A stretch of 64,000 nt of DNA from Candidatus Bathyarchaeota archaeon (GTDB lineage: Archaea; Thermoproteota; Bathyarchaeia; Bathyarchaeales; Bathycorpusculaceae): assembly GCA_963777155.1 (NCBI GenBank), contig CAVZPM010000036.1, positions 1 through 64,000 of the forward strand. Reading direction: 5' to 3'. A program made the position numbers and the translations under genes. The first letter of the stretch is position 1, and the number at the start of each line of letters is the position of its first letter. Under the pieces are notes generated by a model. The model searched no databases. It was not told the origin of the DNA and saw nothing but the letters and a program-made list of their open reading frames with translations. Below, piece after piece: positions 28,349 through 38,743 of this stretch.

Positions 28349-29290
28349 TAGCCTATGCGTAATCATGTCCTTAACATTGAGTTGTCCGGTCTTCAAGTAC
28401 CGCAGTGAATCATCAAGGTCGTTTGGTGCTGCGCCGTAGCTGGTGCGCATTGTGATTTCGTTTCTCCAGAACTGGTTAATCGGCACTGGAAGCTTAACGG
28501 TTGGATCGGGCACGGCAAAGAACAGGATGGTTCCGCCGTTGTCTACGCAATCCAACGCTGAAGTGGCGGCTGAGGTTGCGCCCGTACATACGATGACTTG
28601 GTCGGCTAAGTGTCCATCGTTGATTTCTTTGAGTTTCTGAGGCAGGTTGTCTTTGGCGTTTAGGGCATGGTTTGCGCCGAATTTTTTGGCAAGTTCCAAC
28701 CGATACGGGTTAATGTCAGCGACAACGATGTTTTGGATACCTTTGAACTTGGCAAGCTGCGCATGCAGAATACCCGAGATGCCGCTCCCGATTATTAGGA
28801 GGCTATCGTCTTTCTGGAGGTTTGCCAGCCGTTGACCCCGGGATACGCAGGCAAGTGGCTCGATGAATGTGCCTTCTTCGAAACTCATGGCATCTGGGAG
28901 TTTGTAAATGCCGTATTGGACGTTGATTTTTGGGACTTGGATGTATTGTGCAAAGCCGCCGGGGTAATAGTTTGTTGTATGCAGGGTGTGGCAGGCCGTG
29001 TGACTGCCACGTTTGCAATAGCGACATTTGTTGCAGGGGACATGGTGGGAAACAAAGACACGGTCTCCGACTTTTACGCCTTTGACTTTGTCGCCAACTT
29101 TATCGATAATGCCAGTGGCTTCGTGGCCCAGCACACGCGGTGCTTTGGGAATACGGTACCATTCGATTACGTCGCTGCCGCATATTCCACTCGCCATCAC
29201 TTTAAGAAGGACTTCTTCTGCACCGATGCTGGGAACTGGGATTTCTTCTATGCGGACGTCATGGTTGTTGTAGTAGAAGGCGGCAAGCAT
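28262..29290 (-). CDS. Zinc-dependent (sorbitol/threonine-type) dehydrogenase, MDR family
   Basis: GICGSD, GHE, CNKCRYC...C, IIGSGISG. Confidence 0.9.
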   Translation of the reverse strand: MLAAFYYNNHDVRIEEIPVPSIGAEEVLLKVMASGICGSDVIEWYRIPKAPRVLGHEATGIIDKVGDKVKGVKVGDRVFVSHHVPCNKCRYCKRGSHTACHTLHTTNYYPGGFAQYIQVPKINVQYGIYKLPDAMSFEEGTFIEPLACVSRGQRLANLQKDDSLLIIGSGISGILHAQLAKFKGIQNIVVADINPYRLELAKKFGANHALNAKDNLPQKLKEINDGHLADQVIVCTGATSAATSALDCVDNGGTILFFAVPDPTVKLPVPINQFWRNEITMRTSYGAAPNDLDDSLRYLKTGQLNVKDMITHRLSLREAQEGFRLMAEAGASLKVILEPNRN

Positions 29291-29312
29291 AACAATCACA
29301 AAAAAAGAAGGG

Positions 29313-30110
29313 CTAAGTTTTGGCTGCTACGATTTGGTTGTAGAGGTCGTCGGCTTCTTGGGGGGTGTAACCTTCGTGGATTATGGCACGGATGGCTTTG
29401 ATGGATGCCACTGGATGAGCGGTTTGCCAGATGTTGCGTCCCAAGTTGACGCCTATGGCGCCTTTCTGTATGCCGTCATAGACGAAATCGAAGACTTCAC
29501 GCTGGGTTTCGGTTTTAGGTCCTCCCGCAATCACAATGGGAACTGGACAGCCGTCTACAACTTTCTCAAAATGCTCTTTGCAATAGTAAGTCTTAACGAC
29601 GCGAGCGCCAATTTCAGCCGTGATGCGGGCAGCTAAAGCTAGGTAACGGGCTTCCCGTTTTTCAAGTTCCTTACCGACCGCACAAACCGCCATGACAGGT
29701 ATCCCGTATTCTTCACATTCGTCGACAAGTTTGGAGAGGTTAGTTAGGCTTTTATTCTCATATTTTGTTCCGACAAAAACTGACATTGAAACAGCTGAAA
29801 CATTTAACCTAAGAATTTCTTCTATTGATGTCACGACGCTTTCGTTAGCTAAGTCTTCACCAACTACTGAAACTGCACCTGAAACCCGCATTATGATTGG
29901 TTTCTCGATCGCTGGATCAATGCAATTACGCAAAATGCCGCGGGTAAGCATAAGGCCATCGGCGTATTGGATGATTGGTTTTATGGTTTCGCCCGGGTGT
30001 TCAAGGCCATGCGTTGGTCCCTGGAAGTAGCCGTGGTCAATAGGCAGAAAGAGTGCTTTACCGTCTTTTTGGATAAGTCTACTTAAACGGTTTTTCATTC
30101 CCCATTCCAT
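29313..30110 (-). CDS. lsrF: LsrF-like class I aldolase/thiolase (DhnA family)
   Basis: MEWGMKNRL, IDHGYFQGPT, GARVVKTYY, IAGGPK, GRNIWQ. Confidence 0.85.
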   Translation of the reverse strand: MEWGMKNRLSRLIQKDGKALFLPIDHGYFQGPTHGLEHPGETIKPIIQYADGLMLTRGILRNCIDPAIEKPIIMRVSGAVSVVGEDLANESVVTSIEEILRLNVSAVSMSVFVGTKYENKSLTNLSKLVDECEEYGIPVMAVCAVGKELEKREARYLALAARITAEIGARVVKTYYCKEHFEKVVDGCPVPIVIAGGPKTETQREVFDFVYDGIQKGAIGVNLGRNIWQTAHPVASIKAIRAIIHEGYTPQEADDLYNQIVAAKT

Positions 30111-30366
30111 ACATTATTTCTCCGAGGAAGCTTTTGGCTTCAGAAATAAATAACCTTATCCCTTTTATTTAGTCCCAATTTACTTAGGGAGACAGATTAT
30201 CGTTTGTTAGATACTTGAAATTTTGAACCAAATTGATGCAGCAACTTGGGATCTTAAACGTCTTAATCAGGAGAGTTATTGAATTGTATCAATAAAAAGT
30301 GATTAAAAGCGGAGAATAGTTTAAGAGTATGACACGTGACATAAATATGTTAAGGAAAGGTCCGAA

Positions 30367-31184
30367 ATGATGCCAAAATTTCTTTTAATATTCGCATTTC
30401 TCACAATACTTCTAATCAGCATCACACCAACAATAGCCGCTACTACCGAAACACTTGAAATAACTGACCTATCAAACGTCAAATACGATTTCACATATCA
30501 ACAACTTACAGAAATGCCTAAAACCAACGTATATGCAGAACTCTACTGTTACGGAAACATGGTAACCCTTGGAGAACTGGAGTGGAGTACAGCTGAGCTA
30601 TCTACTCCAACAAATAAACGACAGCTCCAATGTAAACTCAATCCAACTCGTCGCTGCAGACTCTTATAAAGTCGCTATACCCATCTCAACAGCAATGGCA
30701 CCCGAAACCATCATCGCTTACCAAAAAGACGGAGTATTGCTATCTGAAGGGCTACGATTGATCCTTCCAGGATATAATGGTGCATCTTGGATTGCCCAAA
30801 TCGTATCCATAACCCTAAGCACCAATGAAGCTGCTGCACCACAATCCACAGCGGGTCTAGGGGCACAAGGCAATCTAATAGCCAGCTTTATTGGAAACAG
30901 ACAAAATCCTCCAACAATAACAATCCCTCCAAAACAACAAACACAACCCACCCTCCAACCCACACCAAATAACTCCACACCAAATCCAACCGCTCATTCC
31001 ATCAAACAATACTGAAATTGAACCAACACCCAAACAACAAACCACAGATAAGCAATCAACAATGTTCGAAAGTGGGACAATTGCGATAATAGCCGCTGCT
31101 TCTGCTGTGGGGTTGACAACGACAGGAATGATGCTACATAAACGCAGATCCAAATTGAAAGATAGCCCAACAAACAACAGATAA
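30367..31184 (+). CDS. Secreted, membrane-anchored molybdopterin-binding (sulfite oxidase/MsrP-like) domain protein (frameshifted)
   Basis: Signal peptide; ELYCYG, WSGV.LSYLL, IIAYQKDG..L..GLRLILPG.NG..WI; P/T/Q linker; C-terminal TM and basic tail in a third frame. Confidence 0.65.
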
Positions 31185-31256
31185 TTAGAACATTTTTCAG
31201 CCGTTAACTCCATAACGCACGTTAACTTTTTTAAACCATAAAACCTCAAACCTTGT

Positions 31257-31889
31257 ATGCCCAAATACTATTTATTAGGGGGAGAAAACACCCAGAAAAG
31301 AGATGCAAAAGAGGTAAACCAACGAGCCTTCAACGACGCAGGAGGGACACCAAGAGTTCTCGTGTTTTCTTGGGCAAGAGCATCCTTCGATAATACCTAC
31401 TCTAAAAGCAAAATAATATTTGATTATTTTAGAAGTTTAGGCGCAAGCAGCGTCAACACTGTCAACTATTCTAGCACAAATGGGGAAATCAAAGAAAAAA
31501 TGTCCGAGTCAGACCTTGTTTATTTAACGGGCGGTGTGCCCAGCGTTTTGGTGGAACGCTTAAAAGAATCAGGAATGAGCAGTTTACTTGAGAACTTTAG
31601 AGGAGTTGTTATAGGGCGAAGTGCCGGTGCGTTGGCGCTTTGCAGCAAATGCGTGATAACATACAGGAGCAATTGCGCAATCAAAATTATTGATGGGTTA
31701 GGTCTCGTAGATTTAACGCTTAAAGCTCATTATAAAATGGGGGTAGATGAAAAATTAAGGGAGTTGTCGGAAAATCAGGATATTTTTGCTGTCCCAAAAG
31801 GTTCAGCTGTTGTTTGCAACAACGGAAATCTCTCGTTTATAAACACAGTTTACCTATTTCATAAATGCGAGAAGCAAATCCTGAGTTAA
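31257..31889 (+). CDS. Peptidase S51 (PepE/cyanophycinase-like)
   Basis: LVYLTGG, GRSAGA, GLGLV..KAHY. Confidence 0.85.
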   Translation: MPKYYLLGGENTQKRDAKEVNQRAFNDAGGTPRVLVFSWARASFDNTYSKSKIIFDYFRSLGASSVNTVNYSSTNGEIKEKMSESDLVYLTGGVPSVLVERLKESGMSSLLENFRGVVIGRSAGALALCSKCVITYRSNCAIKIIDGLGLVDLTLKAHYKMGVDEKLRELSENQDIFAVPKGSAVVCNNGNLSFINTVYLFHKCEKQILS

Positions 31890-31933
31890 ATAAAAGTGGT
31901 TTATTTTATCGTGTCTTTGATTTTGTTGCTGAA

Positions 31934-32161
31934 TTACTTTTTCTTCTTTGAAGCCGCAATGAAAACAGTCGCGAGTACAAATAGTAAAAGAACTACACCA
32001 AAAACAAACAACGGAATCCTAAACACCGGCTCCGAATGCAGAACTGTAGTTGTTGGAGTCAACCCACTAAGGTAAGCAGCTAAGAAAAATCCGACAAATA
32101 TGATGCCCACTGCTTCTACAGCAAACAAAAATTTTGTCAAACGGTTATTAAGTATCTCCAA
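31934..32161 (-). CDS. Small two-TM membrane protein
   Basis: Hydrophobic hairpin with KKKK tail. Confidence 0.6.
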   Translation of the reverse strand: MEILNNRLTKFLFAVEAVGIIFVGFFLAAYLSGLTPTTTVLHSEPVFRIPLFVFGVVLLLFVLATVFIAASKKKK

Positions 32162-32291
32162 ACAAAGCCCTCTATACTATTAATTTCGAAGTTTAGGTAT
32201 TTAACACTAACCATTAGCCCTAAGAATTTGGACTGCCATTACCGCAAGTATAATATACAATACCCAACGAATTAATTTAGAGAAACCTTCG

Positions 32292-33232
32292 GTGATTTTG
32301 TTGGAACAGCAGAAATTCCTTACCCCACTGAAAATAGGCATATTCACAGTAACAATTGCATATTTCCTATTCACCTTGCATGCCATGTTCACGACTTTCA
32401 TGGATTGGAGAGTGGGACAGAATTGGCGGTGGCTCATCTCAAACAGCTTTTTGGATATTAATAACCGATGTCGCAGCAGGTGTTTTTCCAGGACTTTTTA
32501 GATTCTTAGGCAGCCTAATCGCAGTATCAGCAGTAAGTCTCTATGTTTCCAAAAAAAACCTACCTCCAACCACAATATACAAGTTGCTTAAGGTAATATT
32601 TGTTTTTGAGGGTACTCTATTGGGTGGGTTTGTTGCCATCGGGTATTTGGGGTATTCTGCCGTTAGGAGGAAGCTTGACCCTAGGCTTTATCTTATCCAC
32701 GGGTTTGCCTTGCATGGTTGCTTCAATTTGTATTCCAATTTCCCTGTTCATCCTTGCATTCAAGCTTAGCCCAAACAAGCCGATGAAAGGGCAGATAAAA
32801 TGGGGCACGATTGCAGGCGTCTTTTACGTTCTGTCGTTTTGGCTCAACAACAGCGGCATGTGGATTATCACTGTAATGGGAAAAGGTTTTGGCTTTGTTA
32901 CTGATACTCCCCAATACTTAGTCAGTTTCTTAACAACTTTGGTGGGGTTGCTTGCATTGACAATATTTACAGCATACTTCGCTGTGAAATCGATAAAAGC
33001 TGGACAAATCCACCTGCCAACCGTCGGCGCCATATTGACATCGTTAGGCATGTACTTCTTATGGAACTACTTAACATGGATCTTCTTCGGAGGCTGGAAT
33101 GAATGGTATGCATGGATACTTGGCCACAACTTGGATTTGTGGATGTTGTCACTTCCACTAGTTGGCTTGCCCCTGCTCTTCTACCGTAAACCCGTCAAAG
33201 AAATCATTGACACAGAAAACAAGAATGCATAA
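32292..33232 (+). CDS. Polytopic membrane protein, hypothetical (frameshifted)
   Basis: Three overlapping hydrophobic ORFs join through 1-nt shifts. Confidence 0.6.
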
Positions 33233-33243
33233 AGCTTGAGGCT

Positions 33244-33402
33244 CTATTCGCCTCTTGTGTCATTTCTGTTACATTCCGCTTTTGGCCTGTACTCAACTTT
33301 CTTATGCCGTTCCTTGTGATGCCTCTCGCACTCTTTTATGCGTACAAGCATCCACTCGTTTTCTTCGTAAACGCATCCGCAAAGCAATGTTTTAGTAGTC
33401 AA
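33244..33402 (-). CDS. 52 aa putative zinc-binding microprotein
   Basis: Read manually: MTTKTLLCGCVYEENEWMLVRIKECERHHKERHKK...; CxC...CxxH. Confidence 0.5.
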   Translation of the reverse strand: MTTKTLLCGCVYEENEWMLVRIKECERHHKERHKKVEYRPKAECNRNDTRGE

Positions 33403-33568
33403 AACTCGTGCACTTCAAACAGGCTAACAAAATCAATATAGCATCTTAACTCATAACAATTTCGATAAAAAACCGACAAACAAGCTTTTTGACAAATGTA
33501 AGGCTGTTATTTAAGAGGATAACATTTTAGAGTGTGAAACGTTACTTGTTTGCTTGTAGTGTCGAAAT

Positions 33569-33694
33569 ATGAGCGTTATGAGTAGAAAAAATAAGAATAC
33601 ACAACTTGAAAGACAAAAGAAAGAACAACGTGAAAAAGAAGCAAAAAAGAAAGCTATGTTAAATCAGCTTCCTCCTAAAGGAAAAAAGAAATAA
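33569..33694 (+). CDS. 41 aa basic microprotein
   Basis: Read manually: MSVMSRKNKNTQLERQKKEQREKEAKKKAMLNQLPPKGKKK; TTTAAG box upstream. Confidence 0.5.
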   Translation: MSVMSRKNKNTQLERQKKEQREKEAKKKAMLNQLPPKGKKK

Positions 33695-33713
33695 TCTTTT
33701 AAGCTTCACTGGA

Positions 33714-34292
33714 CTACCAATCGTCCCGTTTGCTTAACTGCTCTTTCTTTATCGTTTTTTCAATTTCTCTAAAAACAATCTTCTCCGGTTCAGAGACAAC
33801 CGCTAAGTCTTTTCCTGCAACACTTTTAACAGTTGGAACCTTAACAAACCTCGATTCTCGGGTTTGTGGCACATAATCCACGTTCAATTCTTTAGAAGCT
33901 TCAGAGAGCTTTTCTCCGGAAGACCAAAACTCGTACATCTCAACTTTTATAGTGTAGGACCCAGCAGGTATTCCTTTCATATCCAGCACGGGCGTTAACT
34001 CAAACTCGTCAGCTGCCAAAGAACCCTGAGGTATCCTGATAGATACAGATCTGATTTGTTGATTATCAAACCATAAAACGAAGTGGACCTTTGAAAACGC
34101 GGTTCTTGAAGGAACCAGCCTGAAGTCGACTTTGAGTGATAGTTCATCTACCTTAGTTGTGGTAGAAATTTCGGTTATAACTATTTGTTTTTCGGTTTTT
34201 TGTTGAATAACCTCTTTTTTGGCATCATTATCTGTCCTATCGTACTTACGGTCTAGCGTTTGTTGTTTTGATGCTTTAGTATTTTGAGTCAT
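33714..34292 (-). CDS. Hypothetical protein with Ig-like beta-sandwich
   Basis: Beta-rich region with GIPAGSYTIKVEM. Confidence 0.6.
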   Translation of the reverse strand: MTQNTKASKQQTLDRKYDRTDNDAKKEVIQQKTEKQIVITEISTTTKVDELSLKVDFRLVPSRTAFSKVHFVLWFDNQQIRSVSIRIPQGSLAADEFELTPVLDMKGIPAGSYTIKVEMYEFWSSGEKLSEASKELNVDYVPQTRESRFVKVPTVKSVAGKDLAVVSEPEKIVFREIEKTIKKEQLSKRDDW

Positions 34293-34501
34293 CTTGCTGT
34301 TTGAGTCTTTTTTTCTTTTCGTTCCTATCTTCAGGAAGTTTGTTTGCACTTTTTATCCGTAGCAAAGTGCTTCTAGAGCATACTGCTTGTTTTCCAGTTT
34401 AGCCTTTTTTTGTCCAACGGCAAATTCAACTTTTAGTTCTTTCAGGCGCCTTCCATTTACTGTCTCATGAGTAATACTAGTTCGCATTCATACAAATGAC
34501 A

Positions 34502-35062
34502 CTAAAACCCCTTTCCATCATGGAAGTTTTTATGAGCCTTTAATATTTCTTCGCGCCACTTGTTTTCCCAGCTTGCCCAACCAGTTTTCACAAGACCCTC
34601 CCTGACCTGCGGTTTCTCGGCAACCCACTCCAGAAATTTCCAAAAACGCCTCTTATCCTGCAAAATTTCCTCCGGCACACCTTTTTCGACGCACCATCGC
34701 GTGTAGGCTTTTTCAACAAGTGGCTTGAGTTCGCCCGTGGATTCGACTCTTTGAACGTTGAATCCTTGATTCTGAAGGTACAATGCTAAGCTGGAGAGGA
34801 CATATTCTGAACTGACTCTAAAACAAGTTTCTCCATCAGGCTTCATAACAGCGATAATTTCGTTGGCAATTTTAATTGCATCTTCCAAGTATTTTTTGTT
34901 GTGGAAGTTTGGCGATTGAAAGGATGCTGTTGGGATTCGGCGTTCCATCAACATTGGATGCGGAGGCTTGAGTGCGCCAACGACTACGCCAAGTAGCAGG
35001 TCGCTCCATCCCGAAGCATCAATAATAATTGTTTTGTCAGGAAGAAAACAATCTAACGCCAA
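34502..35062 (-). CDS. Hypothetical protein; N-terminus resembles RNase H fold/RNase HII
   Basis: IIIDASGWSDLLLGVVVG resembles the IDEAG.G...GP.VV motif, but degenerate. Confidence 0.55.
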   Translation of the reverse strand: MALDCFLPDKTIIIDASGWSDLLLGVVVGALKPPHPMLMERRIPTASFQSPNFHNKKYLEDAIKIANEIIAVMKPDGETCFRVSSEYVLSSLALYLQNQGFNVQRVESTGELKPLVEKAYTRWCVEKGVPEEILQDKRRFWKFLEWVAEKPQVREGLVKTGWASWENKWREEILKAHKNFHDGKGF

Positions 35063-35288
35063 ACTCTATCACTCAAGGATTAGGGATTATTGCCGGGTTG
35101 GCTTTTCTATCTTTTGCTTATAATATAGTAATATTAGGGGAAAATAACCAACAATCGCAAAACTCTTTTAGTGCTCTTTGTGTGGGTGTGGAGGCATGTT
35201 GGCGCTTCTAATCCTGTATCACATACCTGGTTTTTCTTTCTGAAGTACTAAACTACGGTTTCATAAGAAATACAGTTAGAAGAGTTGG

Positions 35289-35364
35289 TGGTAGCCCGTG
35301 AGAGATTCGAACTCTCGTCGTCGGGTCCAAAGCCCGATATGCTTGACCACTACACCAACGGGCT
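35289..35364 (-). tRNA. tRNA-Gln(TTG)
   Basis: AGCCCGTTGGTGTAGTGGTCAAGCAT...CTTTGGA...GTTCGAATC...ACGGGCTACCA; archaeal A1-U72 pair. Confidence 0.95.
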
Positions 35365-35733
35365 GCACGGTTTCAATTAGCACTTGTTTTATTTATTGTT
35401 AGAGGTTTAATGGGTGTCTTTTTTCTTAATAAGGATTCTCAATTAGATGGATGAATCGTTTGGTGGTAATGGGGTAAAATTTATGAGAAATCTTACGGTA
35501 TCTTCCGTGCGCTGTTTTGCGCTTTTTTACACTTTTCTATGTCATTTTCCATGAGCCAATATTGGATATGTTAGGTAATTAGAAGCCATAGTGTGCAATA
35601 GGTTTAATAAACCACAAAACTTAAATATTAGAGACGTTCATCAGGTAAGTTTGCGCGGGCCGAATGTACTATTTTCTAGCCAGATTGGCCTATGGTGACG
35701 GTTCTACGCATGTTTAAATCGAGGTAGAAGAGA

Positions 35734-36678
35734 TTGAGCAAAAAAGAAACACCACCACGCACATCACAGCGCTTAGTTGACAAGTGCCCAGAGTGCGGTA
35801 GCGAGAATTTAGTTCACGATTATGATACAGGAGAAACCGTATGTGGCGACTGCGGATTAGTCGTCTACGAACAGATGATGGATAAAGGACCAGAATGGCG
35901 CGCATTCACCCAGGAAGAAAAAGCTTCCAGAAGCCGTGTCGGTGTCCCAACATCCTACTCAGTACACGACAAAGGATTATCCACCGCGATTAGCCAAGTT
36001 GACCGCGATGCGTTCGGACGCAAACTACCCCTATCCACTAGGTTGCAGATGTGGCGTCTACGCAAATGGCAAATCCGCTCACGTGTCCATTCATCTGTCG
36101 ACCGAAACCTTGCCCAAGCCATGGCTGAACTTGACCGCTTATCCGACAAAGTCTACATTCCACCACCAATTAAAGAAAAAGCCGCCGTCGTCTACCGTAA
36201 AGCACTCGACAAAGGCTTGGTCAGAGGCAGATCAATTGCCGCCATTGCTGCTGCAGCTTTGTATGCTGCTTGCCGCGGAAGCGGAACCCCACGTACACTA
36301 CGAGAAATCGCTGAAGCAAGCTTAGTCGACAAGAAAGACGTTGCAAGATGCTACCGACTTCTGCTACGTGAACTCGATGTCCACATGCCAATCGCCGATC
36401 CATTAACCTACGTCTCCAAAATCGCTGAGAAAACAGGCATTTCAGGCAAAACCCAAGGAGCAGCCATCCAAATTCTCCGAGAAGCAAGACGGAAACGTGC
36501 CGCGGCGGGAAAAGACCCGATGGGTTTAGCCGCAGCCGCCCTCTACATTGCGTGCTTGCAAAACAACGAGAAGAAAACCCAAAAAGACATAGCCGAAGCT
36601 GCTGGCGTAACCGAAGTAACTGTTCGCAACCGCTACAAGACCCTCAAAAAACAGTTAAATCTAGAGTTGCCTGATTAG
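35734..36678 (+). CDS. tfb: Transcription initiation factor IIB
   Basis: CPECGS zinc ribbon, GPEWRAF, GRSIAA, GKDPMGLAAAALY, VTEVTVRNRYK. Confidence 0.97.
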   Translation: MSKKETPPRTSQRLVDKCPECGSENLVHDYDTGETVCGDCGLVVYEQMMDKGPEWRAFTQEEKASRSRVGVPTSYSVHDKGLSTAISQVDRDAFGRKLPLSTRLQMWRLRKWQIRSRVHSSVDRNLAQAMAELDRLSDKVYIPPPIKEKAAVVYRKALDKGLVRGRSIAAIAAAALYAACRGSGTPRTLREIAEASLVDKKDVARCYRLLLRELDVHMPIADPLTYVSKIAEKTGISGKTQGAAIQILREARRKRAAAGKDPMGLAAAALYIACLQNNEKKTQKDIAEAAGVTEVTVRNRYKTLKKQLNLELPD

Positions 36679-36683
36679 GCACT

Positions 36684-36908
36684 TTACTTCTTTTCAGAAT
36701 TTGTTTCTGCTTCTTCTTTTTCTAGTTCCATAACAATTATACCCAGGTAACCGCAGTCTTCACAATAGTATTGCTTCGGAGTTAACCAAACCGCTAGGCT
36801 ACTGGACAACTGGATTTTTGGGCTGGCACAACGGGGGCAGTAGATTTGGGCGGGCTTTCGATGTTTTGTATTTTTAAATATATCTCGAATGCCATCTAGG
36901 TTTTTCAT
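36684..36908 (-). CDS. Small zinc-ribbon protein
   Basis: CPRCAS...YYCEDCGY. Confidence 0.7.
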   Translation of the reverse strand: MKNLDGIRDIFKNTKHRKPAQIYCPRCASPKIQLSSSLAVWLTPKQYYCEDCGYLGIIVMELEKEEAETNSEKK

Positions 36909-36948
36909 TAGGAAATAATCACCATAGATTTAGGGGAGTTTGCGTTGC

Positions 36949-37257
36949 TTATTGGAGTTCGATGTTCTCTTGTGGATAACCCATCTTTACAAGGAATTCG
37001 CGCACTCGATCTCGGTGGTCACCTTGAAGCATGATTTGCCCGTTTTTGCTGGTTCCGCCGCATGCACAGTATGTTTTGAGTTTTTGGGCAATACTGGTTA
37101 AATTCGAGTTTTTATCATCCATGCCATCGATGATGGTGGTTGCTTTGCCAAATTTCCGGGTTTCAAGACGAATACGAATGCGCTGTTGCTCTTTTTCTAT
37201 TTCTCCACAAACGCAAAGGTCCTTTGGTAGTCCGCATGTTGAACAAACTTCAGCCAT
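36949..37257 (-). CDS. sui1: Translation initiation factor SUI1/aIF-1
   Basis: CSTCGLPKDLCVC, LKTYCACGGT, LQGDHR. Confidence 0.93.
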   Translation of the reverse strand: MAEVCSTCGLPKDLCVCGEIEKEQQRIRIRLETRKFGKATTIIDGMDDKNSNLTSIAQKLKTYCACGGTSKNGQIMLQGDHRDRVREFLVKMGYPQENIELQ

Positions 37258-37428
37258 GACACTCAACAGAGAAATTAGCAACAGCCGTATATAAGAGTTT
37301 CAAGGCTTCAAAGAAGATTTTTCTAGATTAACGCTGATTGTTTAGCCAAAGCTTGAAACGTTAGAAAAGAACCCAACAAATAAATATCGATAAGATTAAA
37401 GTGTAAATTTGAAGGTGAACAACAAATC

Positions 37429-38001
37429 ATGACCGCTACACTGAAAAGATGCTGGAATGTTGACAAACCTCTCTACATCAGATACCACGATGAAGAATGG
37501 GGCATTCCCGTCCATGATGACCAGAAACTATTTGAGTTTTTGGTTTTAGATGGTTTTCAAGCTGGGTTATCATGGTGGCTGATTCTAGAGAAGCGAGAAG
37601 CCTTTAGGGCAGCGTTTGATGGCTTCGACCCCGTAAAAGTTGCAAAATACACCATCAAAGATTTTGAGCGTTTAATGAAAGCTCCCGGCGTAGTTAAGAA
37701 CCGAGCCAAAATCTCCGCAACCATAACGAACGCGCAAGAGTTTCTCAAGGTTCAAAAAGAATTTGGCTCCTTTGACAAATTCATCTGGCAATTTGTAAAT
37801 GGAAAAACAATTCAGAATGCTTTCAAGGATTTTTCCGAAATACCATCTGAGACAGAACAGTCAAGAGTGATGAGCCGAGAACTCAAAGCGAGAGGATTTA
37901 AGTTCGTGGGACCAACAATATGCTATGCTTTCATGCAGGCTGCAGGACTAGTAAACGATCATTTGGTAGACTGTTTTCGATATACCCAGCTTCAAAGTTA
38001 A
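37429..38001 (+). CDS. tag: DNA-3-methyladenine glycosylase I
   Basis: RCW, YHDEEWG, QAGLSW, FVGPTICYAFMQA.G.VNDH..DC. Confidence 0.93.
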   Translation: MTATLKRCWNVDKPLYIRYHDEEWGIPVHDDQKLFEFLVLDGFQAGLSWWLILEKREAFRAAFDGFDPVKVAKYTIKDFERLMKAPGVVKNRAKISATITNAQEFLKVQKEFGSFDKFIWQFVNGKTIQNAFKDFSEIPSETEQSRVMSRELKARGFKFVGPTICYAFMQAAGLVNDHLVDCFRYTQLQS

Positions 38002-38579
38002 ATTTTGGATTTATTTTGTTCATTGAAGAGGTTGAACAGGGCTAATTCGTCGTCTGTTATGCCTTCTTGGTGTAGTTTGTTTATGCAAGTTTGGTATTGT
38101 TTTTTCGTGAACTTTGATGGTTTGAGGGTTTCTTGGCTTGCACCTGAAAAGTGATAAGTCTCTTTGGCAGATCTGCCTTTTCGCAGGGCAATTCGCATCC
38201 TTTTAAATCTGTTAAGAGGTTCGCAGTCTTGGGTTTGCATTCCAAAAGCAGTTTTTGGGAAGAGTCGACAGCCTTCAGGCCGAATTTCGTAAATAGAGCA
38301 GGACTTATCCACCAGAAAGGGGCAGGGGTTTTGCTGGACATATTTGTCGTATTCTGATTCGCTGGCTTCCCAAATCTTGCCCAAGGCTTCAAAGAGGATC
38401 TTTACTTTGGCGTGGGTTTCGGGGTGGCTTTGGGGGTTGGCGGTGATTTCTCCTGCAGTCAAGAAATCCTCAAGCGTACAGCAAACACCGCATTTACTGC
38501 ATAAAAAAGGCAGGTTAATAGACCAAACACCATTTTTGTATCTAAACTCCAAATGCAGATAAAATGTTTCAACCATCAT
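37998..38579 (-). CDS. YkgJ-family CxxCxxCC protein
   Basis: CSKCGVCC, CPFL, CSIYEIRPEGCRLFP. Confidence 0.82.
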   Translation of the reverse strand: MMVETFYLHLEFRYKNGVWSINLPFLCSKCGVCCTLEDFLTAGEITANPQSHPETHAKVKILFEALGKIWEASESEYDKYVQQNPCPFLVDKSCSIYEIRPEGCRLFPKTAFGMQTQDCEPLNRFKRMRIALRKGRSAKETYHFSGASQETLKPSKFTKKQYQTCINKLHQEGITDDELALFNLFNEQNKSKI

Positions 38580-38743
38580 GCGTCCAACAAAGTAACATCT
38601 TCGCTTTTCTCTTTCAACCTTTCGCCCAAAAGAATAGAATAGATATCAAACTTGGTCCTGTTATGTTTGCAAGAGCTATTATATTGAGCTCTCTTTAGGT
38701 TGGTTGTTAGGAATTTAACGGACCGACAAAAAACTTTGTTCCT

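Noticed and set aside
35286-35292. CCACCA at the tRNA-Gln 3' end as an integration scar
   Set aside because: No second copy of the tRNA 3' end and no integrase was found in the window.
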